DNA of 64,000 nucleotides from Bugula neritina (lineage: Eukaryota; Animalia; Bryozoa): assembly GCA_964035545.1 (NCBI GenBank), contig OZ037765.1, forward strand, positions 1,054,001 to 1,118,000, in the 5' to 3' direction. Shown piece by piece: positions 1 through 13,500 of this stretch. The position numbers were made by a program, and so were the translations under genes. Numbering within the stretch: the stretch's first letter is position 1; each line of letters starts with the position of its first letter. Below the pieces are notes generated by a model. The model ran no database searches, was not told the DNA's origin, and was given only the letters and a program-made list of their open reading frames with translations.

Positions 1-281
1 AATTGGGGTATAACAAAGCCTAAGCAGGTGCACATGATATTAACTGTTCTACTTATTATACACTCCATGTTCAACTATACTATCACTATCAACTGTTAAC
101 TGCTATTATAGTCACAACTGAAGCTATAACCCACTGCTATATGACTACAACTACAACAGTAGAATCACAACTATTGCTACTAACTATTACTAATATATCT
201 TCAGCACTGATACTGTTGGCATGGCACTGTTATACTAGCAACTATTATTTTACATACTATTACTATATAAATGTTACAAAC

Positions 282-1385
282 CTTGGGTATACCTTGTAGA
301 TGCTGATAGTCTTTAAGAATTATAAGTAGCTCTTCTATTTTCATATAATTGTTGTTATGTAAATCTACATAGTTTCCATGAAGTAAATATCCATATACTC
401 CATGACAAAAAATAGACACGATCAAGAGAGAGCAGTGTTCTATGTTATCTAGTTCATCTCTAAATGTTTGTTTGAACTGTGGAAATACAGCGGAAGAATG
501 TAAACGTGAAATCTTGAGTTGTATTGATTTCACCTCAACTCCCACTGCTTCTAATGCTGTGGTCATTTCATTGGCAGCTCGTTTCTCTTGTTTGGGAAAA
601 CTGAGACCATTACCAGAAGAGCTCCCTGTGACACCTTCTAAGAATCCCGAAATAACAATACCATACATTTTAGCAAATCTTATTCCCTCACTAGGACGAG
701 GGATTATATAAAAAAAATTGGAACATGGTTCAACAATCCTCATCATTTTTTGTGTCATGGGTGTTTTGCAGAACTCTTTCACGTTATCTTCTTTATCAAG
801 ATAGCCTAGCAAGGAAGGGCTCACACCAAGCGCAGGACGCAAAAGTGGCTCCATAATGTCAACACAATCATTTTTGGCAATAATGTTAAAACGAGGCTCA
901 TCTGCATTAGCTCTAGGATCAAAGAACTCATGGAACAACTCTACGGCGTTGCTTTCTATAAATCGCTTGACTGAATTGTGTTTGCATTGTCGTAGGTTCC
1001 AAAGAAACCACAACTCAGCACTCAACACAATCAACTTCCATACCTCCTGGTCATTCTTATTTATAGGTTTTAATCCATCAGATGCATTACCGCTCTCTTC
1101 CATCAGTTTATTTAGTTCCCATTCGACTGAACTATAAATTTCTGGTAATGACCATCTTTCTCTTTCATCTTCCGATTGCCTTTCAGCATTTTTATACAAT
1201 TCAAAAAGATAGTCCGGAATAGAAACGATATCCTTAGCAACTATTGGAAGGTTTTTCAGAAAGTCAACATCTGTTTTTTCTATCATAGTGTTTAGTTTTG
1301 CCATAGAAGATGTTTTACTTCGCCGCAGAAATGTTTTGAATTTCTTAAACAATTTCTTCACTTCTCCTTCTGTTAGTTCAGCCAT
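282..1385 (-). CDS. Atypical caspase-like protein copy 1, first coding exon (368 aa: N-terminal domain plus p20 up to GIPK); last exon is outside the window
   Basis: ORF has the caspase p20 pattern CSLLIVSIFCHG...KIEELL...LQGIPK and ends at a phase-0 donor (aag|gtttgt) at the same position as in the three + strand paralogs; acceptor ctacag|gtgtcac at 1435/1434 as in the paralogs. Confidence 0.85.
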
Positions 1386-3243
1386 ATTCTAGTTTTGTAG
1401 TCTTAGAATGATATACTCAGTTAGATAGTGACACCTGTAGGTATATTAATTATTCATTGTTACAGGTAAAAAGCTTTAAATCACTACAACTCATGAGTTA
1501 AGCAGTATATCTATTATCCTATACCACTATAAAAGTCGTAGAGAACTTCGGGTCAATCAGTGGTAATGGGATTTGTATTACATTATATAGATTTCGTCAA
1601 CGATCCTAGCCTAATGAGGCGCAATTGAAATAAGTAATTGATTGGCTGGAGGTACAACCAGTTCAACTTCATTGGTTAGGCAACGATCGTAACAACTAAA
1701 ACAAGTGGTGGATACAGTTAGGGTTGACATTAAAACACGGCAATTTCTAGCAGTAATTTGCATTCTAAATCAATTTTTTCATGCAAAAGGTTTTAGAAGC
1801 TAGGAGTTATGAGAAAGAATAATATAATGTAATAATTTTGATTGAAAAGTTTTAACAAATGCAGGTCTGAATTTTTATTTAAATCCGCTCCTTTTAGACT
1901 TTGTTCTGAACAAAGGATATTAAATACTGTAGCTATTAGATAAGAATTTAGTCTTGTAAGTATTTTGAAAGCATAATTGTCTTCTCACTCAATTTCAGCT
2001 CATATTATAAATTTATCAATCTTCATTATAAAGACATAATTGTCTTCTCATTAAATAATAGTCTATTACAACTTTATTGCTACCATAATATAATATCATT
2101 TTGTAAAATGTTTTTATTTTCATAGCATTTTTTGCTTAGTATTATAAAATTTTATGCTGCATTGTATATAGCCTACATATGCATATAATGAGCTGCATGT
2201 AGTAGACGAAAAGAAATATCGCAATTATATAAAAGATGTAGAAATTATTTGTAGAATATAAACAAATGCAAAATAATTTAACAAACATATAACTTTACGA
2301 ACCTCAGCATTTAAATTTAGTTTGCGGCAAGAATAATTTTTTGCTTGTAAAAAATTAAGTAAAAGATACCAACAATTTTGTTTCTTGTTTTTAATGTTAT
2401 ATTTGTTAACATTGTAGATGTGCCTGTATTACACTATATTGAGTTCTGATTATTTTGGTTTAACATTGTAAATAACATATTGTGCAGTATATACAAAATG
2501 AGCACATATATAAAACATATACTCATAGTGAAAGTATAAGTTCTAATTTTTTTTGCAAATTCATGCATATACTATTTGAAATATATGCATACAACTTGGT
2601 GTTTCTGATTTGTACATGAACAATTTTATTGCTAAATGCTAAGTAATTATTTAAATTTTTCTACAACAAATTCGTCGACATGTTTTATATACCATCTTTT
2701 AGCAAACACTTGCAACACTCCTATGCAATTACATATAACTGTAGCTATAGTAAGCTGTTCATAAAATAGCAACTATTATGAGTGCTGCATTTTTACACAC
2801 ACACTCACACACGCACACACACATGAAGAAAAGCAAGCATATAGTTTACTGTCATGAGTTACTTGCAAAAATAAGTTGAAATATATGTTGAAGACTTCAT
2901 ACATTAATACAAATGGTATACTCTCAGACAGAGGAGCGACATAGTGCACATGCTCTTAGGAGTTGCATTATCACCTTCTTTCTTGGTGTCATCAAAAATA
3001 TGGCATTGAAAGAAGACAATCACTGCTTTGTGGTTTACATATTTGTATTCCTTTTAAAACGTAGTTAAAAAATATATATACATATTTTCTAACTTGAAAA
3101 AATGCTCTATGTAGCTGCTTATATTTTAAAAGAAATTTTAGGTAGCAAAAGTAAGGAATTTTTGACATATTTACTGCAGGGGTGTGATGGACAAATGGAC
3201 ATAACATGCTTGTTTTAAAGCTAAAATATGATGTAACAGAATT

Positions 3244-3383
<140 letters not shown>

Positions 3384-3614
3384 TATATACATAATGAATG
3401 TCATTTCACTATATAACAAGAAGAAATAGGCTGCTATTTTTACACTTCTGTGCAGTAATTTAAAAGCTTTGATAGCTTAACCTTCTTCATCTGGATAACA
3501 AATTTTAGCGTGGGGTGTGGGTTAATAAAAATGTAATCACAAGAACATGTACATAACTTAATTTCTCCATTATTGCACCAACTATCAATATTTACTTAAT
3601 AACTAAACCCTATA

Positions 3615-3890
3615 TTTAGCCCAGTGTTCAGTATCTAACTAATATGTATGTACTATATACACTGTCCACCTGTTGAGTGTTATTTAAAAAGTGAAAGAAA
3701 TTCTACAACTATAGTCATATTTGACCCATCACTATTATTACACATATCAATGTGTAAAATTAGTAAAAATAATTTAGTGGAAGTATTTGACAAGAATGCA
3801 AGATTGCAAAAAATTTAGCCCACTCCGAGGATTGAACCCATACCCAATGGGTGCAAAGGAGACGCTGTTTACCACGAAGCCAATGCATCA
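3615..3890 (-). mobile_element. Interspersed repeat with tRNA-like (A/B box) head, SINE-like
   Basis: B-box GGTTCAATCC on - strand near 3829-3838; body shares tactgaacactgggctaaa and aaatatgRctata with the copy at ~27128-27335. Confidence 0.5.
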
Positions 3891-5886
3891 TCTTAGGAGG
3901 AGTGCCAATACATAAGGGATTATACTATAATGATATAAACAACAGCTAGAAAAATGAGTGGGTTATATTCCATCAGGGTGTTCACTAGCAGTGGATTGCC
4001 ATCTTGTTTTAAAATTGGCCTATGACTCTGTTGCTACTTGCAAAGGTATCTTGATTAAATAAACCAACGGTTAAAAATAAACTGTAGTTTGTATATTATT
4101 ACTAAGGCACAGCCAGCGGTCAGAGCTATGGTATATAAATATACACTGATGTACTAGGACCTAGGTAATAGATTGACAAGTCAAATTATCTTTTATAGGT
4201 AAACACACTTTGGTTTGAGAAAACATGCATGCAGCCTTAATTTTAGGTTTACGTCAGCAAATCATGAAAAGATCTAAACTAATATTAGAGGTAAATTTTA
4301 AAAATTAAATTAATTTTACTTATTTTTACAATAACAAATTTTTTGGAGAAAATAAGTTGCTTCCTTTTTGTTGCAATGATATTCAACTTGCTTGAGCTAT
4401 GGCCATCAGTGATGAAATTTGAAACCCTGATTGTTTTGAGATAACTTTGTGACTTATTATACATTTTTGCATATCTTTACCAACATATTACTTGATTCAT
4501 GATAGTTTTCACATTGCAATTTACGGCATCAGTTGAGACTTGCACTCTGACAAAATATTAACAAAGCCAAACATATGGCCACACTACAGTGAAAGCTGGT
4601 TGGTTATATTAATTGTGGCTGCACTAGTCATGGTCCTAGCAGTTGGCCTACCATGGTATTGCCAGGTGCGAGCAAGCTTACAAGCATTTATATAGCTATA
4701 GCTAAACTGATAAGCTTACAAAACATGTTGGCTAACATTATGCAGTTCACAATAGGCATATGGAAAACAAAGATGGTCAAAGGGTAATGATATTGTGGTT
4801 GACATAATATGTTAACTATAAATAGTTCACGAATGCAGTTCCATTAGGCCTACTGGATTACCACTTATTTGCACTAACAGAATGTGTTACAAACGGGCCA
4901 GCAGGCAACTAAACCGTGTAATGCACAACTTTTGACGTTATGCTATGTCATTATGCTCTGAAGTACGTTCTGTCATGGCTGAAAGTCACACTACTCTACA
5001 CTTGCAGTAGCAATTCGTTTACTACTTCCATCACCAACACTTGCATTTTTATAGGGGCCAAATTCCTGTACCAAATGGTGTGCTATTCTTTCAAAACAGA
5101 GTACTATAAATATTATTTTGCTCATAGATTTTAGCAGACAAAGAATTTATACTAAAGACTACCCTATAGAAATTCTATTTAAGAAAAAACTTCAATCCTA
5201 AAATACTACCTATTGACTTATACAGCTGAACAGAAAAAGAAGTAACCGCAGTTCGAGTATTTAGCATATCTGAGCCACAATTCAAAAATAAATAGAAGCA
5301 TAGCACATGTGCATAGTTAATATCATATTATAATAGTTCATATAGTTTGTTTGCCTTTGACAGCATATTGAATATTTCTCTACTTGGCTGTAGGTAAGCC
5401 CTGCAGTTTTTGTTTTTATCTTAATTTACAATGAAAGAATAAACTTGAAAAATGCAACCAAAAACTTATTATTGAAAAAAGGCTTTTAACTACTCTGCTA
5501 ACTATGGCTTTTAATTGTCAATAAATGACCCTTTTCATCTAACTATTGCATGGTGCTGAGACACTGATAATTATGTGTAAAAATGTGTGCAGGTGGGATT
5601 AATTAGCTGAGAAACTTTATTAACCTAAGCTCTTAAACTACAAGAGCGTTGATTAGGGGTGCATGGTAAAACGAAAGTTATTTCACTGCTTTTCCTCTAT
5701 AAAACTGAAGCCTTTCCAAATATATTTTTTATTGCACCAGCTGGTACAATCTAAAAATAAAATAAAGCTGAACAATCAAATTAAAAGAATAGGCGTTTTA
5801 TATCTTAACTTGTTGAAATGGTGCAGTAAAATTTGTTTGTTGCCTTTTAGGTAAATATTCACCAGGGCTGACATTGACTTCTTTAT

Positions 5887-6047
5887 CACCGCGTTTCCAT
5901 GACTTCGCATAATGCGAATGAATTCTGTACGGATTATTTGCGGTTTGTGGTTTGCATTAACTTATAGTTGCGTTTCATCGGATGTAACTGTTCCCATTAG
6001 CCGAATGAAAAAATCCATTCGCATAATGCGATAATGGAAACGCAGTG
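5887..6047. mobile_element. Short MITE
   Basis: TIRs caccgcgtttccat / atggaaacgcagtg with subterminal tcgcataatgcga palindromes at both ends. Confidence 0.7.
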
Positions 6048-6657
6048 TACTTCGCTTCTATGACTGAGCATTGTGTGAATTTGTAGTTGCAGTAACTCAT
6101 CAGTTGTGGTTTCCTTCGTTATGTAATTAGTTCCATGAGGTGATGAGAAATCCATTTTGGAATGAGAATGATGAATTGCAGTGCATGTAGGCTGCAGCTT
6201 CCAATTTTCTTAAATCAACCATTAGGCTATGTGTACAAAAAAAGGCAAAATACTTTGCTGTGGCCAACAGTCTGAAAAATACCAGCTAGCACTGAATAAA
6301 GCACAATAAGTATAGCTTATTTGCAATGCAATGTTGAGTTTTAGAAAGGTCTCAAGTTAGTGTTATTTCCTCACCACTCATGTGGAAAATTAACCAATAC
6401 TCCCTATTGCTAAGATTTTGTGCTATGCATCTAATTATTAAGGTGTGAGTTTTTAGAACCAATACTAGAATATAACTCCTTGCGATTATGTGGGAGAGAG
6501 ATGACATATTTGTTGTCAGTCAATATATATTGTAGGCTTGCCTATTACAGAGCTCAAGCCTAGCTCTTTACAATAAAAAGTACAAAGGTATGAAAGAACA
6601 ATAGTATGACAACAGAACCATGCGGTATCGTAACAATCAGGATGCAAATCATCTTGA

Positions 6658-9600
6658 TTATATAGCTAGATGCTTTTCTTCTCTAACGTAGATGTTCTTG
6701 TCAATAGTGAAGCTGCACTTAAACTCAAATGGCCACTTTCTTTTAGACCTGTAAAAGCAAAATATATTTCAACAGTCAAACTAAATAAGTTGAGGCGATG
6801 GTTTCATTGAAGTGACACATAGCAACAGAGTATGCAAAACAGGGGTAGAAAAAGAAATAGGGTAAGGCTCCATCAAGAAGACTCCAACAAAATTGAAAAT
6901 GCTGATATAAAATGTGCATTTGACTGACAATGTCTTTTGGCAATAAATTATGACTGCAGACAGCCCCTAGTTCTTAGTACCTAGAGGATCAATTAGGTTT
7001 CATGGAGATGAGTTGTGCTACATAAGCAATGAGGGTAACTAGTCAATATTCTGAATGCCCATTGCTCCGAAGGTCCATTAGTCCGAAAATTAGTACACAC
7101 AGGCATCCTCAATGAGAATATCATTAATTTCACTCACAATTCAGTTTAAGTTCTAGCTATGTTATTGCTCTGTGGGTGGCATGTGTGTTGCCTACTTGCT
7201 ACATCATCTATCAACATGATTATGCGTACGGTACATTATTAATTACAGGCTTGCGAGGTGACAGGCTAATGAATAGCTTGGTGTGTACTTTGTTTATGGA
7301 GCAGCCATAATGGAATGTTGATACAGCCCTTATTGATCATAGTGTAATCTCAGGCTAAACAATCACAAATAGGCAAACAGCATGCCACCCACAGATCAAT
7401 AATATAGCAAGAACTTAAACTGAATTGTGAGTGATATTAATGATATTCTCAGTGAGGATGCCTGTGTGTACTAATTTTCGGACTAATGGACCTTCGGAGC
7501 AATGGGCCTTCGGAATATTGCTTCGTCCCCAGAAATGAAGGGATCCGAGACAGGGCGGCAGTAAATGCAGTAACTATATTTGTGGGAAAGAGAAGGCTGG
7601 AATAATATGGGCACCTATGCAGCAGAGAACAATAAAACAAGAAGGGAATCAGCTACATCAGTGTGAAACTCCAGAGAAAGAGAGCAAGACCAAAACATTT
7701 AAACATGGGGGTTAAAAATCAAAAGAGATCATAGATTAGTGCAGAACACTGCGACCTAAAAGAATACAGTGAAGAATAGGAGGATGGCAAAATTAAGTAA
7801 AACAATGAGTATGAGAGTGACACCACTTGTGAAGCTGAAGTTCTATTTCTTTTAATTAATTGGTGAAAAAATATAATAGCAACTTTTATGACAGTCTTGT
7901 AGATTGGCTGTGTGATGAGGTGACTTGAATACAGCAGCCATGAGTAAAACCTGGCTGCAAATTAAAGCAGAAGGTGAACATTTTATGTATAATATAAGAG
8001 ATATATTCAAAAATTGAAATTACCATAAAAACTGTAGTCCTTGTCTGATAGTCAAAATAAATTGGCTGCCATCCATAATTTCATCATTCATAATTTCATC
8101 TTGATTACACTGCAAAACAAAATGAAGTATTTTGTTGATCACATGTATGAGTTTGAAATGAACTATGGTAACAAATATTAACATAATATTTCCTTGCATT
8201 TAGTGCATTTTTTAGTTAAGTAACTAGTCTGAATACTTCACATTGCAGTTTAATTTTCTAAACCAAACATACATTGATGAGCCTGAACTGAACAAGTGTT
8301 AGGTCAGCTTGACTAAAATATAACCATAAATACCATCAATATAAATTAGGGGTTTGTTGATTAAAATATAGTAAAGTAACAGAGTAAAATTAAAACAACC
8401 CTGAACAATAGCGTAGTAAAAGTGTACATTCAGGACTCCACACTTAAGGAGTATAGGAGGATGACAAAAATCAAGTTCAACCATATGAAAAACTAGGAAA
8501 CATACTGACATCATGTCCAAATATTCTTCCAACTGTCAAACATTTTAAACACTTAAGAAGAAAAATACCTCAAAATTGTGTGCATTATTTTTAGGTCTTC
8601 AAAGTTAATGCTTGTTCATGAAGATAAAGAAAAAAAACTGAGAAACTGATTATTCATGTAAAAGTAAATGTAATAATTTGACTATGTTCTGTAGTAAAAA
8701 AATTATGATGACTTCTTTTTCTAATATGTGTAAAGAGATAATATACTAGGTAAGCAATGCAGGGCTTTTTAATCTTTTAAATTTGTGCTCAAAGTATATT
8801 ATATTACCACTAAGCCTTAAGATATGCAATTTATTTTTAGATCATCTGTTATCATAATAGACTTTTAATTTTGTACAAATGATTTACCTGGACAAGCAAA
8901 ACAAAGTCTTTCCATTACATCTTCTATGTCAGCATTTTTCAGCTTCACCACAACAGCCATCGAGTAGTTCATTTTAAACTAAAAAGAAATAATTAATTTA
9001 GGAAATACAATGATTGCCTATGTAAAAAGTGACAATGTATGCACGTATGGCATCTGAAGCCACATTTAACTAACTATTCAACTTGCTAATATCATTTTTA
9101 AATAAGTTTTTGAAAATGGAATTAAGACAGTTATGAAAAAAAATTGATAACAATAAGAATATATGTTGAATTAAGTAATCATAGGTAGCAACTATAATAA
9201 TCATAGTGAAAGAAATAATTTCGAAGGGTGATGAAGTAATTCAACAGAATAAAAACTATGATGCGACTTTTAATTGTCACAATAAGAACTTTGGACAAAA
9301 AAAAACTTTGCAGGCTTTGAGTTATATATAAATAAAACCCTTTAGAATTTTTTGAAAAATAGTCTTACGAGACATAATAATACATAGTTAAGTTTTAGAT
9401 TTTTACAACACACTATGACTCATAATTAGTTAATAAAATATTCTTTTGTAACTGCATAGTGCATATAACATCTATTTGAATCAATTTGATGGAGTTTGTG
9501 AAATTTCTTGTTTGAAAATTACAAAAACTGGCGGCATGTTCGAGTTGTTGAAAATAGCAAAAAACAAGTAGTAAACAAAGTTAAATAACATTTGCAAAAC

Positions 9601-10557
9601 CTTATACAATGTGCTGTTAAATGCTTGGACAGATACTATCTTGAATAAGATTAATGCAAGCTTAAAAAAACTTTAAAGTTGAAAGGCATATATTTTGTTA
9701 CCATCATAATTCATATGCTGTGTAATCAAGCCACATCTTGAGATATAAATATTTTTCTGCTCCGTGGTCTCTTCCGTACTTAGACCTATGCCTTGCCACA
9801 CTCTACCACTGCACTTAGCCTTCAATCATAAATCACGATGACATGCAGTGTAAATGTTGCAGCTGTGGCCTGGTGAATAAGGATATTTTCCAACCACAAT
9901 TTTTAACAAAACAAAACAAGTTCTCACCTAAAAAACTAGAAATCAACTATAAAGAAAAATAATTGATTTTTAGTTTGATTATATGGTTTAAACCTGCATT
10001 TGCATAGGGGTAGTTGAAGTCTAAACATTCACCAGATTCGCATACATTATTTTCAATATTTCATGTTACCTAAAACTAAAATATATTCAATACTAAAACA
10101 TCTATTAAAGTGTAGTAACTGACATGTTCAAATGTGTGCCTTAGCGAACATCACACTCAAAAAGTAATTGTGAGAGGAAACAAGCTTTGCTTCCATTTTA
10201 GAAGTCAAGAGAAGTACCGTCACCTTACATTGGTAGCAACAGATTGTGTACCAAGAAATTGTTTCTAAAACTCCACAAAAATATAATTAAAACGTTGAAG
10301 ATTCTACAGGCAAAAAGTTCTGAATAGATTTTTATAAGCAGAGGACAAATTAAATTTTGCAAATAATTTCAAGCACAAATAGTCACTAAACAAACTTTAT
10401 ATGCATATAAATAAAAGCCAGCAATACATTAATTAACTTACTTGCATTATATAAGGATAAGCACAGATCTCCCTCTCTCCATATCCAATGCCTTACATAT
10501 AAGTGCCTGAAACCGTCTTTGCAGCTTTCCATTCAATTCCTCCACAGTGGTCACCAA
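6658..10557 (-). pseudogene. Decayed multi-exon KDZ (Kyakuja-Dileera-Zisupton) transposase gene
   Basis: Exon 10557-10442 gives CGGIEWKAAKT and, after a deletion/frameshift, KALDMERG-EICAYPYIMQ. Exon 9927-9702 gives *LKAKCSGRVWQGIGLSTEETTEQKNIYISRCGLITQHM. These resemble recalled KDZ motifs CG.SxWxAA, ALNMxRGEIFAYP and WSGRxxxGAGLTxGEEVEQVNSxLSR. Further GT-AG exons at ~8978-8888, ~8109-8024 and 6748-6658; the phases do not all join cleanly. Confidence 0.7.
7033..7530. mobile_element. 498-bp foldback non-autonomous DNA transposon
   Basis: ~165-bp inverted arms (caatatt..cattgctccgaaggtccattagtccgaaaattagtacacacaggcatcctca and its complement); 8-bp TSD agcaatga/agaaatga (1 mismatch); second copy at 45226-48302. 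Confidence 0.85.
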
Positions 10558-13500
10558 CTGAAATATTCTGAAAAATTAAATAATAATTTAACGTACCCAT
10601 ACAATTCTTACTTGTTTGCTCATATTGAAAACAAAAAAGATGAAAAAATAAAACAAGACATGTGACCATCGAACAATAGTTGGTAAATTGTATTGTATTG
10701 TAAATCATACGCAATCAAATTGAGAGCCTCAAACAGCCCTCTAAAAAAGTTGGTTATGCTCAACCATGCCGCGTATTTTTGATGTCATATGGGAGAACCC
10801 CACTTCATATATGTGATTAGTTTAAAGAAGAATTACAAGAAAACAGCATTTGAAAGCTTTCTTATCAGTTTGCTACTATAACCGCATCGGTTTTAAAGAG
10901 TTTTTTGCATTGCCCATTAATGAAATTATAAACGGTAACCGTCACAGATCATATCCAGAGTTTCTACCATTTGTTTATGCCAGTTCATTCTGATTTTTTG
11001 ATTGATTTTTATCCTCAATCTTTCATAATTTTTTTTCAACTTGCAAAAGTGGTAAAACAATTTATATTATAGGATAAATGGTACTGGTTCAACTTTTTCA
11101 CAGAGCGATTCAATCTGCCCCCTACAGAGGCACGTTGTAAAAAAAAATTAGTAAAAAAATGGGCTCTATGTTAGTGAGTAAAATGTTTACACATTTGATT
11201 TCAAAGGACAAAGACAGCAACATATGACTGACTTTTATGGTTATGGTCTTTGGATTGGCAAAATAATTCTCTACAAGTCATGCTAAAAAACACAATTTTT
11301 GGTTCAACTATATCCCCACCCTCGCCAATACGATATGAATTTCAATAGCCTTTCTCAGGGTTACCACTGTAATTCCAGAGAGCTATGCTTAAAAACAGAT
11401 TTATAGCAATTTTTCACAGAAATTAAAACATGTTGAGAGCATATTTAGCTTTTAATTGGTGTGTACATTGTCTTATATTACCTCATAAATACTGAGGAAA
11501 ACATGAATTACCAACAAAACCAAAAATTATCTATGGGTGTCCAAGAAATTTGAGCATGACTGCATTTGCAGAAAATTATTATAAAACAAAATTGTTTGAA
11601 CATGCAACCCACAAACAGATGAGAACTAAGATATTACATATAATTATATATTGTAATGCTGTATAAATATAGTGTGTCAGGGAATTTTCAAATAGGTATT
11701 ATGAATAAATACAAATTGATGTAGAATTTTAATAAATATGTAAGATGCACCTACTTTTCACGCAGCTTCAATCTTTATTTATTAAGTTTCAACTTTTTGC
11801 AGCATCACTTCTGACGTCATCTTCTGCCATACTCCTTTCAGTCAATGTCTCAAGTTGTGGCAAGCACAGGGAATAGCTATAGCCTATTCATCATTATCAA
11901 GAGTCTATAAAAATCATTCCAAACAGATAACTTTTAAGTTGTAGTCAGCAGCTATGAACAGAGTTGTCATTGTGAACATTTCAATAATGAAAAGGATATT
12001 TATATTCCCATTGAACTTAAATACCCATATTATAAGTACATCTAATAACGCAGCAAACTCCCTTTTAAAATCACATTAATATAGCATCAGCAAAAGAACA
12101 CTAAATGGCAAAAGCAGTTTGAAAACCAATTTCAGATTGAAAATTTAATTGATCAAATATTGCTTTTTTATTTAGATTAAGACTCATTGCGGTAAACAAG
12201 CAAGAAAACTTTGTGATATGGATAAGAAAGGTTTTAAAACAAAAGCCATGATTTTCAAAAAGTCTGCACCACACTTAAAATCAACACCATCCTAGATGCT
12301 ACACCAGAGCAACGAATAATTAAAACAGTATACCTTGGAGAGTTAATAACTGATATTGCATGGTTAAAATGAACAAGAAATAAAGAGAAGAAATGAACTG
12401 GCAAAAAATGCTTTCCAGGATATTTCTTAAGTATATTGAAATTAGAAAAATCAAAATACAAACACGAGAGAAATTACTATGCAAAAAATTCTTCCCCATA
12501 TAACAAGCAGATATTATTAGTTATTTATCAGTAACGCATCTACTAGGCATAGACTCACAAGGTTTCATAGTTGATTGTAAGAACAATGAGTATTTAACAC
12601 CATAAAAACCTAAAGCATTGATACTTGTGGTACATCTAGTACTAAACTCTAAAGCACTTACAGACTTACAGTGGTAGTCTGTTATCACTAAATCTAATGA
12701 TTTTCACAGTTCTCAATCAAGGTATTAGACACCATAACTACTAGTGGGCCTACTACTACTACTAGTAGTAGTACTAGTAACTAGAGTACTACTACTACTA
12801 GTACTACTACTGTACTAGTAGTAATAATAATTTATATCAAAAATGAGCACATTGTTTTACTAATAATATTCTCAACCTAATAGTAATAGCAATAGTACCA
12901 ACCTGATCCGTAATGGGTTTTCCTGAAGAATGGAACTAGATTGTAATTACCGACATGTGTATACATACTAAATTAGTCTCTAATAATATATTATTATGAA
13001 ATTTATGATTATCGCCCCATTTGCGGAGTAGTCGGGCCGAGTTTATTATGAACACAAGAGTCGAGTAAATTTGCGCAGATAAATTACTGGCCACCATGAT
13101 AGACCAGACCTGTTTTGACCGAATATCGGTTCTACTTGAACACTAGAATCGCCCCCAAGGTCCAATGCCTAATTGAGTCCGCGGCTCCTTTGGTCAAATG
13201 ACCCAAAGATTCAATTTCAATTTTGAATACCATAGGCGTGCTCAAACTTATAGTTATAGGCTAGGGCATATGCATGGTTATTATTGGAAAATAGATTAAT
13301 AATTAGTAATACTAATACTAATAGTAATACGAATGCACTAATGGTAATAGTTATAATGTCACGATTAGACTTTACATTTGCTCTTACTCTTAGTCTTAGT
13401 TATAATCATATTTATAAACATGAATATCGCTCTCACTCTGACTCACACTCTGACTCTAACTCTAAGTCTAAGTCTATCAGCATCACCATCAGTATCACTA

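Noticed and set aside
201-281. C-terminal tails of the long ORFs (also VSK.FAC*/VSKVLAC* in the + copies) as true protein ends
   Set aside because: Read-through into the intron past a conserved donor; the catalytic Cys is in the next exon.
442-1137. Antisense ORFs over caspase exons (also near 30165-30992, 44076-44423, 54102-54516)
   Set aside because: Shadows of the sense coding frame.
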